Shown piece by piece: positions 63,407 to 64,000 of a DNA stretch of 64,000 nucleotides (positions within the stretch are counted from its first letter, which is position 1; each line of letters starts with the position of its first letter). The position numbers and the translations under genes are program-made. The notes below the pieces were generated by a model that was given only the letters and a program-made list of their open reading frames with translations, made no database searches and was not told the origin of the DNA. The DNA is taken from the NCBI GenBank assembly GCA_041651355.1, contig JBAZJK010000001.1, positions 293,883 to 357,882 of the forward strand, given 5' to 3'. The DNA is from Patescibacteria group bacterium. Its GTDB lineage: Bacteria; Patescibacteriota; Patescibacteriia; Patescibacteriales; UBA12465.

Positions 63407-64000
63407 TTATTGGCCGCCGGTCATTTTTTCAATGAAGGCTTTACCGTTTTTAATTGCCCATAAACCAAACAATCCCCACAGAGCCCATTTAATAATTGTT
63501 TTAATGGCTAAAAATAATTGATTGGTTTTTTGAGCATTAACTGTTCCTAATGTCGAGCTAGAAGTGAAAATATCTTTACCCCATAAGACAATGGTGGCGG
63601 TTGAGGTTCCGGTGGTTGGAATTTGAGCAGTTAAATTACCATCTACCGGCGAAAGAAAAGAAAGCTCGGTCATTACTGTCGCATTAGCACTCGCTTTCCA
63701 GGAATCATTTAAATTAGTGTATATATTAAAAGGGAAAACATTTTTTAAGATATTTCCGGCTTTATAAATTCCGTCAGTTGCTAGTGTGGTAAATTTATTA
63801 CCAGCGATAATAAAGCCCAATTTAAATTTGCAACCGATAACTGTTAGATTAAGAGCGGGGACATCAACACCAAATATCTCCGGTGGTGGTGTATTCCAAT
63901 CATCTTCGCTGCAAGCGGCGTCATACATCACGTCATCGTCATAAAAGGGATTACTTGAACTAGCCGCTAATATATCGGCTACGGTCGGAATTTGAGTCGG
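63407..64000 (-). CDS. Structural/adsorption protein candidate with C-terminal membrane anchor; 5' end outside the window
   Basis: The frame stays open from 63931 up to position 64000 (checked codon by codon). C-terminal anchor WALWGLFGLWAI followed by a basic tail. Confidence 0.5.
   Translation of the reverse strand, partial: PTQIPTVADILAASSSNPFYDDDVMYDAACSEDDWNTPPPEIFGVDVPALNLTVIGCKFKLGFIIAGNKFTTLATDGIYKAGNILKNVFPFNIYTNLNDSWKASANATVMTELSFLSPVDGNLTAQIPTTGTSTATIVLWGKDIFTSSSTLGTVNAQKTNQLFLAIKTIIKWALWGLFGLWAIKNGKAFIEKMTGGQ

Larger units (their letters stand above)
58528..64000. mobile_element. Partial integrated inovirus-like ssDNA element at tRNA-Asn (right end beyond the window)
   Basis: Serine recombinase abutting and overlapping the tRNA, HUH Rep, hairpin/iteron region, Zot-like ATPase, small membrane proteins. 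AT-richer than the flanking chromosome by eye. Confidence 0.65.

Noticed and set aside
1-64000. Looked for CRISPR arrays, rRNA genes, reverse transcriptases/DGRs, and transposase or IS ends
   Set aside because: No regularly spaced direct repeats, no rRNA-like sequence, no RT or transposase motifs were seen in any listed ORF. The only recombinase found is the serine integrase at 58561..60195.

Overview
A 64-kb chromosomal segment from a small-genome bacterium. Standard genetic code, with TGA used as a stop. Gene content looks Patescibacteria/CPR-like, but that is inference only. Most of the window is housekeeping: dnaE, a SEDS FtsW/RodA protein, rplY, prmC, prfA, rpmE, a surface-glycan cluster (flippase, GT4, GT2, O-antigen-ligase-like), greA, lysS, Nramp and ABC-2 transporters, class I RNR nrdA/nrdB with NrdR-like boxes, domain-reduced uvrB/uvrA/uvrC, ogt, rplJ-rplL behind an L10-leader attenuator, and several large envelope proteins of unknown function. 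Two accessory regions stand out. (1) An AT-rich (by eye), integrase-less island lies directly 3' of tRNA-Gln(CTG), about 24.6-30.7 kb. It carries an arsR / thioredoxin-fold / ArsP-like permease / CxxC lipoprotein / DsbD-like cluster, followed by small detox-type genes. Several of these are preceded by a conserved hairpin-containing promoter-like module, and a fourth copy sits at 32.75 kb. (2) From tRNA-Asn(GTT) at 58.5 kb to the window end lies a partial integrated inovirus-like ssDNA element. It has a large serine recombinase whose ORF runs antisense into the tRNA, an HUH rolling-circle Rep, a hairpin/iteron origin-like region, a Zot-like ATPase with C-terminal zinc ribbons, and small membrane or structural proteins. 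Other points: an aberrant 67-nt tRNA-like gene with G3:U70; a roughly 290-nt ORF-free structured transcript candidate bracketed by a near-consensus promoter and a terminator; a 45-codon membrane ORF with a perfect consensus promoter; and a 549-codon edge-truncated ORF that is missing from the supplied ORF track. No rRNA genes or CRISPR arrays were seen. All homology calls come from motif recognition by eye. No searches or computations were run.
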